Part shown: positions 18,916-28,684 of the stretch, piece by piece
Position numbering within the stretch: position 1 is the first letter of the stretch
Layout: every line of letters begins with the position of its first letter
NCBI GenBank assembly: GCA_007117035.1
Contig: SKHG01000001.1
Span: forward strand, 1 to 57,481
Direction: 5' to 3'
Length of the DNA: 57,481 nucleotides
Origin: Candidatus Campbellbacteria bacterium
GTDB taxonomy: Bacteria > Patescibacteriota > Minisyncoccia > Phycocordibacterales > CSBR16-193
Notes under the pieces: model-generated
Told to the model about the DNA's origin: nothing
The model's input: the letters and a program-made list of their open reading frames with translations, nothing else
Databases searched by the model: none
Program-made: the position numbers and the translations under genes

Positions 18916-19752
18916 TTATTCATCGGTTCCATAAAACGAGCGACAGCCGTGTATAATCCTTAAAATTCTTTCTGTGGGGTTATTAGCTACAGCGTCTAAT
19001 TTATCCCTGTATTCAATTGCACAAGAAGTTCTCGCCTCTCGAGGATTATCGTAATTTCCGACCTGAAATTCCCTACGATGTGTATTAACTGTAACCTTAT
19101 AAAAACTATAATTTCCTCCAGAGACCTCAGCGCACCCAGTGACTGGATAGTATGTAGAATCACGGTCTGTCATAAGTTCTAGTCTTTTTTCTTCACAAGC
19201 CCTTGAAGAAGAATGTGTTTCTAGTGTCCACTCACTTGGAATATCAGAACCTACATTGAACCATCTATTCATAAGACTAGTGTTTCCAATATCTATAGAT
19301 TGAATATGTAATAAATATGACAAAACACTCCTGTCTTCAAAACTATCAACGGATCCAGGTGAATCTAAATTTAGGTCGAATTTTAATAAATCTGGATTTA
19401 TAGTACTTAAAAGAAGCCATGCACCCAACGCTATTGCAAGTCCTAAAAGAGCTGCTCTTATTTTCTCTTTTCCAGCTTCAACACCGCTTTGAGATCCTCC
19501 TGAAGTTATGTATCTAATTCCACCCCAAGTTATTATAATAACCGCTAAAACTGCTGTAACATAAATTAAAAATGTTACCATCCCACTTGCGTATCCAGTA
19601 AAATCCGAAGGGTCCCCGTAAAGCCCTAGATCTGCTAAAGGTACAAAACCCTCAGCATAAGACACTACAGGAAAAAACAGGAAAAGAAAAAAAGCAAAAG
19701 GTATTCCAGGTGCTAATTTAATAAGGTTTTTGTTTTTTATAAAATTAAACAT
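18916..19752 (-). CDS. TrbC/VirB2-like T4SS pilin with Cys-containing C-terminal extension
   Basis: Signal peptide (SYA), then two hydrophobic helices flanking GGIRYITSGG...GKEKIRAALLGL and ending INPDL. Confidence 0.75.
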   Translation of the reverse strand: MFNFIKNKNLIKLAPGIPFAFFLFLFFPVVSYAEGFVPLADLGLYGDPSDFTGYASGMVTFLIYVTAVLAVIIITWGGIRYITSGGSQSGVEAGKEKIRAALLGLAIALGAWLLLSTINPDLLKFDLNLDSPGSVDSFEDRSVLSYLLHIQSIDIGNTSLMNRWFNVGSDIPSEWTLETHSSSRACEEKRLELMTDRDSTYYPVTGCAEVSGGNYSFYKVTVNTHRREFQVGNYDNPREARTSCAIEYRDKLDAVANNPTERILRIIHGCRSFYGTDE

Positions 19753-19753
19753 T

Positions 19754-20833
19754 TTATCTATTGAACTCTAAACGAAAACTACTTTCACCTGCTTGAGTTG
19801 ATTTACTGTCGTGCTGTCCTCTAACAGATATTGTGGCTCGCCCACTCAATATGTCCCCATTTTCATCAATCGGTAAACCCAAAGATGAAATGTATGAATT
19901 GTTAAAATCATTCATTCTATTCCCGTTAACTCTCCAAGTAATATGAAGATTAGGATCTTTTTTAGATTCTACTGAGAAAAAATATGGAACTACCGAAAAT
20001 GAGATTGATGGTTCACCTACTATAGAGTAAGAACTTCTTAGCGTTTGGTTGTAGTCAATTCCTTTTAGATCGTCGTGTTGGTAAATCAACATAGATGGGA
20101 CGAACAACTCAACAGTCCTAGTAGATCTAGCTGAAACTCCTGTTCGAGGATCAAAAACCTCCACCATCACCTCTGGTGGGCGAATCTGGCTTGAACCGTT
20201 TAGAGTTATCGAACTTTTACCCCTCCTTTCTCTCTCTACAATATTTCCGTTGACTCGCCATGTGTATATTAAGGAACTAGGGTCTGTAACTTGATTTAAC
20301 CTCGACATATAAGGGATAGCAGAGACTGTTAAATCACTCCTTCGAGTGTTTAATGATTTGCCTTGATAAAAAGCAGGTGTGTAGGTTTGAGCTTCCCAAA
20401 TTAAATCAACCTCTCCACTCGATATAACAACCTCTTGATGTATTGGTTGTGGTTCATCTGATGTATGAATCACTGCTTTAATCCTAGTTTCTGTTGCTCT
20501 ACTTGAGTTTGTAAAGCTAAACTTAGTCTGCCCAAAACCAGAGGAGATTAGAACACCATTTTGGTACCATTCAATTTTACTACTGTTTAAAAAAGCTGAA
20601 CCTTCTGCTGTAACAGTAACTTCTTTGTCGGGTTCAGGAAAAACAGGATCTGTGACCAAGCTGAATCTTTGGTTAGCCATCTCTCCGAACCCCATAAATT
20701 CCATCATATTTTGAGTCTCTAACTGTATCATTTCATTAAGAGCATCTTGGTTCTGAGAACTTACAACCAAAGGTGTTATTAAAAAAACTAAAAAAAACAA
20801 AAGGAAACTTTTTTTATTTTTTATAAATTTCAT
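19754..20833 (-). CDS. Exported protein with repeated Ig-like beta-sandwich domains
   Basis: Signal peptide; repeated W-x-x-NG motifs (IEWYQNG, YTWRVNG, ITWRVNG); WEAQTYTPAFYQGK. Confidence 0.6.
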   Translation of the reverse strand: MKFIKNKKSFLLFFLVFLITPLVVSSQNQDALNEMIQLETQNMMEFMGFGEMANQRFSLVTDPVFPEPDKEVTVTAEGSAFLNSSKIEWYQNGVLISSGFGQTKFSFTNSSRATETRIKAVIHTSDEPQPIHQEVVISSGEVDLIWEAQTYTPAFYQGKSLNTRRSDLTVSAIPYMSRLNQVTDPSSLIYTWRVNGNIVERERRGKSSITLNGSSQIRPPEVMVEVFDPRTGVSARSTRTVELFVPSMLIYQHDDLKGIDYNQTLRSSYSIVGEPSISFSVVPYFFSVESKKDPNLHITWRVNGNRMNDFNNSYISSLGLPIDENGDILSGRATISVRGQHDSKSTQAGESSFRLEFNR

Positions 20834-20896
20834 ACTTGTTTATGTTTATCAATATTATATCATCTTTTCTTTAATGTGTTTTGTTGAAAACTATCA

Positions 20897-21265
20897 CTAA
20901 ACCCGACTTGAAGCAATGGTGGCTGTTATTGCAATAGTCCATCCTGGCAATGTATTTAAAACTGGAATAATTGCTATCAACCATCCACTACCCATAGAAA
21001 GAATTCTTTTTGGTGTCATTAATTTAACTCCTTTTAAGAAAAACCAAAAAGTAAAGATCATACCAGCAGTTAATCCAATTAGGTAACCAAACATAGATGC
21101 AAAAAAATTACCAACAACTGGTATAAAATGCAGAAGGTTTATAAAAAGAACTAGCAGATCGATTATTAAAGCAACTCCAATCATTAAAACAGCTGTGAGG
21201 CCCGTTATCTTCATCTTTTTACCCGATTTTGGTATTACGGGCATTGTTGTGGCTTGAGCTGACAT
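20897..21265 (-). CDS. Small multi-pass membrane protein of the T4SS-like operon
   Basis: Three to four hydrophobic segments with IPVVG and IPVLNTLPGWT; 9 nt downstream of virB4. Confidence 0.7.
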   Translation of the reverse strand: MSAQATTMPVIPKSGKKMKITGLTAVLMIGVALIIDLLVLFINLLHFIPVVGNFFASMFGYLIGLTAGMIFTFWFFLKGVKLMTPKRILSMGSGWLIAIIPVLNTLPGWTIAITATIASSRV

Positions 21266-21274
21266 TTAATTTAA

Positions 21275-23071
21275 TTAAAAATCTTTTTTAGTTTCCTGCC
21301 TTTCTTTTTTTATGGCTAATATTTGGGATGGATCTGAAGTAATAATCTGATCTTCTGTATAAGAAGGTATTATTTTAATAGCAACATGCTTCATTCCTGC
21401 AAAGAACATCCCTTCTCCAACATTGGATTCAAGAAGTAGAAATTTCTCTTCTTCAGTTAGGTTGAAGGTTTTTTGAAGTTTGTCTATCGTTGTAGGTGAT
21501 TGCTTCAAAAGAATTTGAATAGATGAGTTTGTAATGATTGGTATACCATAAGGAGAGTTTAAGAAATCTCCAACATCTTGAGTGATAGTAGCTAGGCCCA
21601 AGTAATACTTTCTTCCTCTTTTAGCTAAACTCAAAAGAAAAGAAGCAGTGTCTTCAGATTTCATCATCCACCAAGCCTCATCTATAACCAGTAGTCTTTT
21701 TTGTAATCTTTTTCTAACAGCGTTCCAGATATGGTTTGTAATAATATACATCGCAATTGGTTTTAACTCATCTTCCATATCCCGAAGAGAAAAAACCACA
21801 AGTTTTTGATTGATATCTACATTACTAGGTTTGTTGATGAAACCCGACCAAGTACCTTTGGTGTATTTGCTTATCCTTTGGGTCAAAGATTCACCACCCT
21901 CCATACCTTTAAGAACCATCTCAAAATCAGACAGCAAAGGAGGTTCAATCTCTTGAGTTTTTGGATCACTTTCCTCGGTAATATCTTTTAGTGCATAAGT
22001 TTCGGTAAGCGCTCTATCAACAATCGCGTCTTCTTCTGGAGTAAGACCTCCCATCATAATTCGGATCATTCCAACCAAATGAATTATATGAGAACGTAAA
22101 GCAGATGAAAACGGTTCATCGTCTGATGAAGCCATAATATCAAAAGGATTTATGTTGTGTTCCGAGCTCAAAGAAATGTTAAAATATCTTCCACCAACTG
22201 CGTTGGCTAGATGTTCGTATTCTTTTTCTGGATCTAGAATAATAACTTCAGTATCAAACATTAAACTTCTTAAAACCTCTAATTTAACAGCATATGATTT
22301 ACCAGCGCCTGAGATAGCAAAAGTAACAGAGTTGTAGTTTGGTAAGGAAAAACGGTCAAACAAAACCAAACTAGAGTTGTGTCGATTGATTCCATAAAGA
22401 ATACCTTTGTCCGAAGTTAAATCGAATGAAATAAAAGGGAAAAAACTTGATAACGGAGATGAATTAAGTTTAGTGTGAACTTGTAAAAGATCATTCCCGG
22501 TTGGTATAACACTTTTAAACCCTTCTTCTTGTTGAAAAAGTGCTGGCCGAACATACACTAAACGAGATTCCAGCATTGATTTCATCTCTGACTCAACCCT
22601 GTCTAAATCTTTTTCATCTTTTCCATAAAGAGTAATATATAATCCAACACTGAATAACTTTTCTTGCGCTTGTTGCAAATCATCTCTGAGGGACTCTAAA
22701 TCCTGAAAGGCTGTTTCTAGTTGAGGATCTCTGACCATCCCCTTCTCTTCTCTGTCGCTAATCTGGCTTTGGATCTCAGCAACCTTTTTTTGAAACTGTT
22801 TTAGAACACGCGCGGTTTCGATTGGGTGAACAAAAATTGAAACATCATACATTTTGTCGAGGTTAATAATTGGTGAGATCCAACCTTCGTTTAAATATCT
22901 AGGATAAGAAATAACAAAATAACTTCTGGCAATCCGATCACCGATCTCTAAATTTTTAGAACTTATTCTCATTGCACTAGAAGACACAGTATTTTTGAAA
23001 GATTGGTCGACCTTCTCGTCCTTTTTTACTTCAGTTTTTTTACCAAATAAGTTTTTAAAAAATTCAGCCAT
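21275..23071 (-). CDS. VirB4-like type IV secretion ATPase
   Basis: GILYGIN, Walker A AISGAGKS, ILDPEKEY, INPFD, Walker B VIDEAW and RKY...ITQ motifs. Confidence 0.92.
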   Translation of the reverse strand: MAEFFKNLFGKKTEVKKDEKVDQSFKNTVSSSAMRISSKNLEIGDRIARSYFVISYPRYLNEGWISPIINLDKMYDVSIFVHPIETARVLKQFQKKVAEIQSQISDREEKGMVRDPQLETAFQDLESLRDDLQQAQEKLFSVGLYITLYGKDEKDLDRVESEMKSMLESRLVYVRPALFQQEEGFKSVIPTGNDLLQVHTKLNSSPLSSFFPFISFDLTSDKGILYGINRHNSSLVLFDRFSLPNYNSVTFAISGAGKSYAVKLEVLRSLMFDTEVIILDPEKEYEHLANAVGGRYFNISLSSEHNINPFDIMASSDDEPFSSALRSHIIHLVGMIRIMMGGLTPEEDAIVDRALTETYALKDITEESDPKTQEIEPPLLSDFEMVLKGMEGGESLTQRISKYTKGTWSGFINKPSNVDINQKLVVFSLRDMEDELKPIAMYIITNHIWNAVRKRLQKRLLVIDEAWWMMKSEDTASFLLSLAKRGRKYYLGLATITQDVGDFLNSPYGIPIITNSSIQILLKQSPTTIDKLQKTFNLTEEEKFLLLESNVGEGMFFAGMKHVAIKIIPSYTEDQIITSDPSQILAIKKERQETKKDF

Positions 23072-23072
23072 A

Positions 23073-23714
23073 TTATTTTATTTTATTCTTTTTAAAAGCT
23101 GATCTTTCTTCTCCTGGATTGAAAAGAGAAAAGAATAGTTCTATTAGTTCATCGTTTTTTAACCTAACAGTTCTGAGTCCTGTTCTAGAAAGACCTTGTT
23201 CAACAACCGAAACCCTGTGACTCAGTTGAATTTTTTGTTCTTCAAGTGATGCAGCTTCATCTTCTGTGCTTTCTTTCTTACCTAGAAAAGAAAGAAATCC
23301 ACCAGACTTACCTTTAAAGAAGGAGTTGTAAGGTACTACAACAAAAAATGTTTTTGTCATAATATTAACGTTTTGTGTAAAGTTTTTGATAAACTCCATA
23401 TATTCTAGAGTTTGAATTTTCAGAAGCTCGTTTTCTTGGTGCTCGTACTGTTCTCTTAAAAGTTCTAGGTACGGGTTAATATCCATCTCTCTGGATCTAA
23501 TAAATATCTGCATAGAAAAGTCTAGTGTGTTCAAAAAGTTTTGGAACTGCATCAAGACTGCGTTTCTCTCTCCTTCAGACTTTAGAGCAAAGTTTATAGA
23601 TGAAACCATTATAATCGATCGTAGAGATCCATCATCTAAGATTAGAGCTTCACCGCTAACCTCTTTAATAGGAACAAATTTTTGTGCCGATTCTGTTTTT
23701 TTAGTCTGAGCCAT
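23073..23714 (-). CDS. TraC-like protein (stand-alone VirB4 N-terminal-like domain)
   Basis: SSINFALKS...FLNTLDFSMQIFIRSR and FFVVVPY; lies between prgI and virB4. Confidence 0.7.
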   Translation of the reverse strand: MAQTKKTESAQKFVPIKEVSGEALILDDGSLRSIIMVSSINFALKSEGERNAVLMQFQNFLNTLDFSMQIFIRSREMDINPYLELLREQYEHQENELLKIQTLEYMEFIKNFTQNVNIMTKTFFVVVPYNSFFKGKSGGFLSFLGKKESTEDEAASLEEQKIQLSHRVSVVEQGLSRTGLRTVRLKNDELIELFFSLFNPGEERSAFKKNKIK

Positions 23715-23778
23715 TTTTTAATTCTAACTTACTTAAGCTTTATTGCGAAATATCGTTTAGTTTTCAACCTTTGGGGAA

Positions 23779-24180
23779 CTAAATATTTTTATTAATTTTG
23801 TCATTCTGTTCCATTAACTCATCTTTAACTTCCAACTCAAAACTCATGTCTTCTAATCTGTTTTCTCCGGGTGTTTTAATTTCTAGGTCGTGTGTACCCA
23901 ATTCTTCTCTCTGCCAGACATATAGTTTACTGCTTGTAAAATATTTAAAAGCTGATTCCATAATGTTAATAAATGGACGGTTGTTTATTTTGTAGAAAGC
24001 TAACGCAACAGCCAAAAAACCAATCGGGATTGAGACTAAGATTGCTAAATATGTTGGCAAAAGAATTAAACAAGCAACCACACCTCCACCCCCTCCAGCA
24101 ACATATATAAATTGCTTAAAGGTTAATGGGCCGAATATTTTATCTTCAATCTCAATAAACTGTGGTACTTGGAATCGCAT
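23779..24180 (-). CDS. PrgI family (VirB3-like) protein
   Basis: MRFQVPQFIEIEDKIFGPLTFKQF followed by two TM helices. Confidence 0.88.
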   Translation of the reverse strand: MRFQVPQFIEIEDKIFGPLTFKQFIYVAGGGGGVVACLILLPTYLAILVSIPIGFLAVALAFYKINNRPFINIMESAFKYFTSSKLYVWQREELGTHDLEIKTPGENRLEDMSFELEVKDELMEQNDKINKNI

Positions 24181-24269
24181 AATATGTTTAATTTAAAATT
24201 AGTCTAGAGCATCTGTATTTTAGCACACTAAGTTTTTAGGTCTAAACCATATGTGACTTACATCTGGTT

Positions 24270-25007
24270 TTATTCAGCTGGTACGCGATAAGGGTCACCA
24301 TCTGGATAACTATCTCCATGCTTACTGTGGCTACTGTTTTTTAGTGTTTCGGTGTCGTTGTTTTGGAACCTAGAATCTTCAATCTCTCTCAAGATACTTT
24401 CTCGGTCCATAGAGTTTTTTGAACTTTCTTCTGAGTTAATTTTCTCTCTAAGTGTTTGTGGGTTTGAATTTTGAACAGGTGTTTCTTCAGATTTTTCTAT
24501 GTTTACTGAGGAATTTTCTGTATGTGTAGATTTAACTTTTTCTTCCAGACTAGTCGGTGTGCTTTGTTCAGGCCGTGGCGGTTTTGGCGGTTCTCTGTGT
24601 TCTACAGGTGTTTCTTCTTTGGAATATGACACTGAGTCCCAAAATTCTTTTTCTTCGGGTGGTGGAACCTCTCCTTCTGCGATTAACATTCTGCTGTACA
24701 TCTCTCCAATTAGATCTATAGCAGGTTGAAATATTTCCTGATTAACTTCATAGAATATTGACTCAGATTTTTCTGAATCAATCAGAAGACCTTCCTCGAT
24801 ACTGTCTATAAAATCAGCAATATGGCTGATGCCGTGAAGCACCATCGCCACTTCTAGAATTAGTCTCTGTTCTTGTTTATTATTCAGTTCCACAGCCCTA
24901 GATATTTCTAAAATCTTTTTATCCCAACCAGATTCCTTAATGTAGATTTTAAGGTTCTTTGGTATAGAATCCTGTTTTTCTTTAAATGTTTTGATTATTT
25001 CCTCCAT
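24270..25007 (-). CDS. Cytoplasmic protein with disordered acidic region and C-terminal DPYR motif
   Basis: Helical N-domain (VNQEIFQP), P/E/S-rich linker, ends GDPYRVPAE; 1-nt gap to the VirB6-like gene. Confidence 0.7.
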   Translation of the reverse strand: MEEIIKTFKEKQDSIPKNLKIYIKESGWDKKILEISRAVELNNKQEQRLILEVAMVLHGISHIADFIDSIEEGLLIDSEKSESIFYEVNQEIFQPAIDLIGEMYSRMLIAEGEVPPPEEKEFWDSVSYSKEETPVEHREPPKPPRPEQSTPTSLEEKVKSTHTENSSVNIEKSEETPVQNSNPQTLREKINSEESSKNSMDRESILREIEDSRFQNNDTETLKNSSHSKHGDSYPDGDPYRVPAE

Positions 25008-25008
25008 G

Positions 25009-27204
25009 TTATTGACTTATTACCTCTTTTGCTTTTTCAGCATCACCTGTTTTTATAGCATCGATTAGTTTTTCATTTTTAATATCTTTTGGTGAAGCGT
25101 TTGTCTTTTTCAAAATAGCCGCTTTTTGTTCAAGTTTTATTGCTTTAGGTTTTTTTTGGTAGGAGAATGTACGACTTGTATCTGGTAAGTAGAAAGGTTT
25201 TTCTTTTGTTGTGTTATCTGCATATTTTGCCTGCCTTGTTTCTCTTAGAGAGGATTTTTCCTTTAATCCGTAAGTTTCTTTGTCTGAGCTACTCATTGTT
25301 TTTAGTTCTTCTTCACTGACTCCAAGTTTCGCTCTTCGAGACTCAACATCTTTTGTGGTTACACCTCTTATATTATCTCTCTTTTTGCGAGCCTCAATAA
25401 GTTCATCGTTTGCTTTTATAGCCTCACGAGTTTTTTTAATTTCATCTTCAAGCCTTCCTACCTCACTATTGGGTCCCAGATCAGACTCAGGTTTTTTCTG
25501 TTTTTCTAACTCCTCTATTTCTTTGAGAGCTGTATTATAAGTAGACTGGTCAGTAGCGCTATCTTTTATTTGTTGTTGTTTCTTAATTTTATCGTCTATT
25601 TCTCGGTTGGATTTCTTGTTTTCCTCGTTTTCTGTTATTAATTTTTGACGTTCTGCAGCTTTTCCTCCAATTTCTGAGTAAGCTTGCTCCATCCCCTCAC
25701 CACCTTCAGCCTTTCGAAGATCGTCATCTGCTTTTTGAGTTTGAGCAACACTTGGACCAAGTCTTTCTGCCCTGCTCACTTCTTTTTTAATTGCCCTGTC
25801 GTCCCTGTCTCTCTGCCCTGTTTTTTTGTATGCACCCTCGCTAGCATCAAGTGCTAGATTTCCTACACCTCTTGCAATTGTACTATCAGAAGTGGCTAAG
25901 TTTCTAAGTCTTTCTGAGCTTTGTGCTCTTTTTGCTGCAGCTCCAAGAGCACGGCCACCTGCGTATTTACCAACAGCCAAAGGAGAGCGTAGAGTTTTAC
26001 TGATAGATTTCTTGGCCCAACCAATAGCATTAGATGATCCAGCCATTCCTAGTTTTTGAGCAATCAAGAGTGATGCCATAATCAAACCTATTACAATACC
26101 AAAATTGAAAAATAAAGTGATCGCTCCTTGGTCTGCTGACCCGTCGCTTTTTCCAGAAAAACCACTCGACAAGCTTGCACTCCCTGGATCTCCCAGGATT
26201 CCTGCACCGCCCGGACCTCCGGTTAAAACAAACAGTGAGGCCCAGATCAAAGCAAAAAACAAAGGAGCAAAGATAGAGTAGTTTATTAGGGCTTGCCACC
26301 ACTGATTTGCATAGCTTTGTGTTTTAGGTAGAACCATGCTTACAAAAGCAAGAGGAGAAAGAATCATTAAAAATATCAAAACAATGTAGCGAACAACGAA
26401 CATAAATGTAGCGGCCAGAAAAACAAATGCTGTAACTATAATCATCGTTGATCCACCAATACCAATCATAAAAATACTAGCGTAGTTGTCATCTCCTCCA
26501 CCAACACCTTCTATAAGTGCACTAGCCCCTTGTTTGTTAGTGTATGTGGTAGTTAACTTTAAAGGATTCATGAAAGCCTGTGACAGTGATTCGTTGTCTT
26601 GAGATATTGCGCTGTAGAATCCAGTGGCTACAAAGTTTGTTGTGTCGACAATAACCTTTGTGAAGAATAGGCTGAAATTTATAAGGAGAGCAAAAATAAT
26701 TACATACACTAATGTTTTTTTTGTGTCGATACTTCCTAAACCTAAAACAGTAGAGATTGCAACATATAACAAGATAAATATAAAAAACATGTTGGCTAGA
26801 TCTCGAAAGGCTGTCCAAGCAGCGTCAATTCCATCAATTGCATTTATGTTTTGCCCCATTTCTATCACCGTATACTTCATCGCAAAATCCAGAACCTCGC
26901 CAGCCATCCAAAGGAACCAACTTGTAACAGTTAGAAAAAGGTAGGAAATATTAGCTCCAAAGACTGTAAAACAAGCTGCCCAATTAAAACCACCTCTAAA
27001 TGTAAAACACTGACTTGTGTCAAGCGGTAAATCACTAATCCTTAAATCTTCCCCATATGTTTGAGCTGAAAGATTGTTTAATGAAGGAAGATAGCTGTCT
27101 CCATTTTCCAGATTGAAAGGTAGTAGTAGAAAGATAAAAGAAAAAAGTAAGGAGTAGATTACAATTCTTTTTAAATAAATTTTATTTTTTATATTTTTTA
27201 TCAT
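25009..27204 (-). CDS. VirB6/TrbL-like polytopic membrane protein with long charged C-terminal tail
   Basis: About 8 TM helices; WTAFRDLANMFFIF, LLINFSLF and LSPLAF...WW motifs; Gly/Ala-rich segment then K/E coiled coil. Confidence 0.75.
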   Translation of the reverse strand: MIKNIKNKIYLKRIVIYSLLFSFIFLLLPFNLENGDSYLPSLNNLSAQTYGEDLRISDLPLDTSQCFTFRGGFNWAACFTVFGANISYLFLTVTSWFLWMAGEVLDFAMKYTVIEMGQNINAIDGIDAAWTAFRDLANMFFIFILLYVAISTVLGLGSIDTKKTLVYVIIFALLINFSLFFTKVIVDTTNFVATGFYSAISQDNESLSQAFMNPLKLTTTYTNKQGASALIEGVGGGDDNYASIFMIGIGGSTMIIVTAFVFLAATFMFVVRYIVLIFLMILSPLAFVSMVLPKTQSYANQWWQALINYSIFAPLFFALIWASLFVLTGGPGGAGILGDPGSASLSSGFSGKSDGSADQGAITLFFNFGIVIGLIMASLLIAQKLGMAGSSNAIGWAKKSISKTLRSPLAVGKYAGGRALGAAAKRAQSSERLRNLATSDSTIARGVGNLALDASEGAYKKTGQRDRDDRAIKKEVSRAERLGPSVAQTQKADDDLRKAEGGEGMEQAYSEIGGKAAERQKLITENEENKKSNREIDDKIKKQQQIKDSATDQSTYNTALKEIEELEKQKKPESDLGPNSEVGRLEDEIKKTREAIKANDELIEARKKRDNIRGVTTKDVESRRAKLGVSEEELKTMSSSDKETYGLKEKSSLRETRQAKYADNTTKEKPFYLPDTSRTFSYQKKPKAIKLEQKAAILKKTNASPKDIKNEKLIDAIKTGDAEKAKEVISQ

Positions 27205-27207
27205 TTT

Positions 27208-28683
27208 CTATTGTTCGATGAATATCCATAGACCCCCTATATCTTCATCGTCATCCACTGCTCCGTCTGGAGTCTCTATCCAGTTTGAAGCCCTGTCTTC
27301 TCCGGTAAACTCAATATTTCCAAGTCGAGAATCTTGATCAATGTACAAACGTAGGTTTCTTGGAATAAAAAACCAACCAGTTCCCTCACTCCAAACCCAA
27401 ACCTGTACTTCTTGTTCTGGATCAGGAGAGAAATTTGCATGGCCAGTAAAATTACGATCAGAAATGTCTGTTGTACCCTCCTCACCATCTACTGAGTAGT
27501 TCACTATTATTGGACCGCTGTTTCCGTCAACTATTAAATTATTCACACCTGATGCTTCAAGCCATTGTTTTTCCGGAAATCCATCAACGGAAACAAACTG
27601 GGACGAGCTAATAACTGTTCCATCTTCTTCGGTAAATTCATAAATGTTTGTTGTATCTAAGGCTTCAATTCCATCAGCTCGACTTTCTTGAATATTGGAT
27701 TCATCTAGTAATCTCTGAGTAGCGCTTCTTTGACCGATTGTTCTTCCACCACGAGAGGCTCCACTTAATCCCCCGCTAGAGAAAACCTGATTCATAAACT
27801 GACCCAGCAAAGCTCCAACTAATTCATTAAACTCATCAGCTAACTCTAAACTTCGCATTCCACTAGGTAAGGCTTGGTTTAGTTGGTTGTTGATAACAGT
27901 TCCGGGTGTCTGAATGTTTCCATCTCCATCCTTCCACGAAAGAAATCCCTGGCCCCAGTCTAGTTCGATTAAGGTAATGGATTGAGCGCCTTCAATCCGA
28001 ACAGCCATTTCGGAACTAGTTTGAAGATACGATCCATGTGGATTGTTTTGTTGATTTTGAGTTAATGAGAACCAAGCGTTCCAACCACCTCTCCCACCTT
28101 GAATAAAGTCACCAGCTAAGAAACCTTCTATGTTCTCTATTACATCCGTTACGGTACATCTCGGTATGGATGTTGTTCTTGATGTTTCTAAATGAAGCGA
28201 AAGTTGCATTTGAATATCAAGACGAAAAGGCTCACATAACCATGGTGCAATAGACTCAATAAATGCCCCACCGATTTCATCAGCGATACCAAGTAAAAAT
28301 CTGCCAGGATTTTCGATAAAGGCTGGTGAACCCTGAAAACCACTGTTAACCCAGTCAGTTATGCTCGAGACCATTCTAGACAATATAGCTTGAGTCAAAG
28401 CCCAAGCGATTCCGTCCAGAGCCCCTTCTTTTGCTGCAGTAAGCCATGTGGTGGCCGTTGCGGTTGTTGCAGTAGCGGCAGCAGTTGCAGTTGTTGCTCC
28501 AGCTGTTGTGGTGTTTTGAGTTAGATTCACAGAATCAAGAACTGGAACAACTTGTGCTATTGCTTTCGAGGGTTGATTTTCAGAAAAGAAAGTTGGAATT
28601 GGTGATAAAAACAGAGCAAAAAGTAGAATGAAAGCAACTCCTTTTTTAGCAACAATTTTATTTTTTTTAAGTCCGTATCTCAT
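27208..28683 (-). CDS. Exported protein, VirB5/TrbJ-like candidate
   Basis: Signal peptide (AIA), QVVPVLDSVNLTQN, Thr/Ala run, WVNSGFQGSPAFI; immediately upstream of the VirB6-like gene. Confidence 0.55.
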   Translation of the reverse strand: MRYGLKKNKIVAKKGVAFILLFALFLSPIPTFFSENQPSKAIAQVVPVLDSVNLTQNTTTAGATTATAAATATTATATTWLTAAKEGALDGIAWALTQAILSRMVSSITDWVNSGFQGSPAFIENPGRFLLGIADEIGGAFIESIAPWLCEPFRLDIQMQLSLHLETSRTTSIPRCTVTDVIENIEGFLAGDFIQGGRGGWNAWFSLTQNQQNNPHGSYLQTSSEMAVRIEGAQSITLIELDWGQGFLSWKDGDGNIQTPGTVINNQLNQALPSGMRSLELADEFNELVGALLGQFMNQVFSSGGLSGASRGGRTIGQRSATQRLLDESNIQESRADGIEALDTTNIYEFTEEDGTVISSSQFVSVDGFPEKQWLEASGVNNLIVDGNSGPIIVNYSVDGEEGTTDISDRNFTGHANFSPDPEQEVQVWVWSEGTGWFFIPRNLRLYIDQDSRLGNIEFTGEDRASNWIETPDGAVDDDEDIGGLWIFIEQ

Positions 28684-28684
28684 A

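Noticed and set aside
28436-28515. Thr/Ala codon run as a VNTR or phase-variable repeat
   Set aside because: Codons vary at third positions, so it is protein-level low complexity rather than a DNA tandem repeat.
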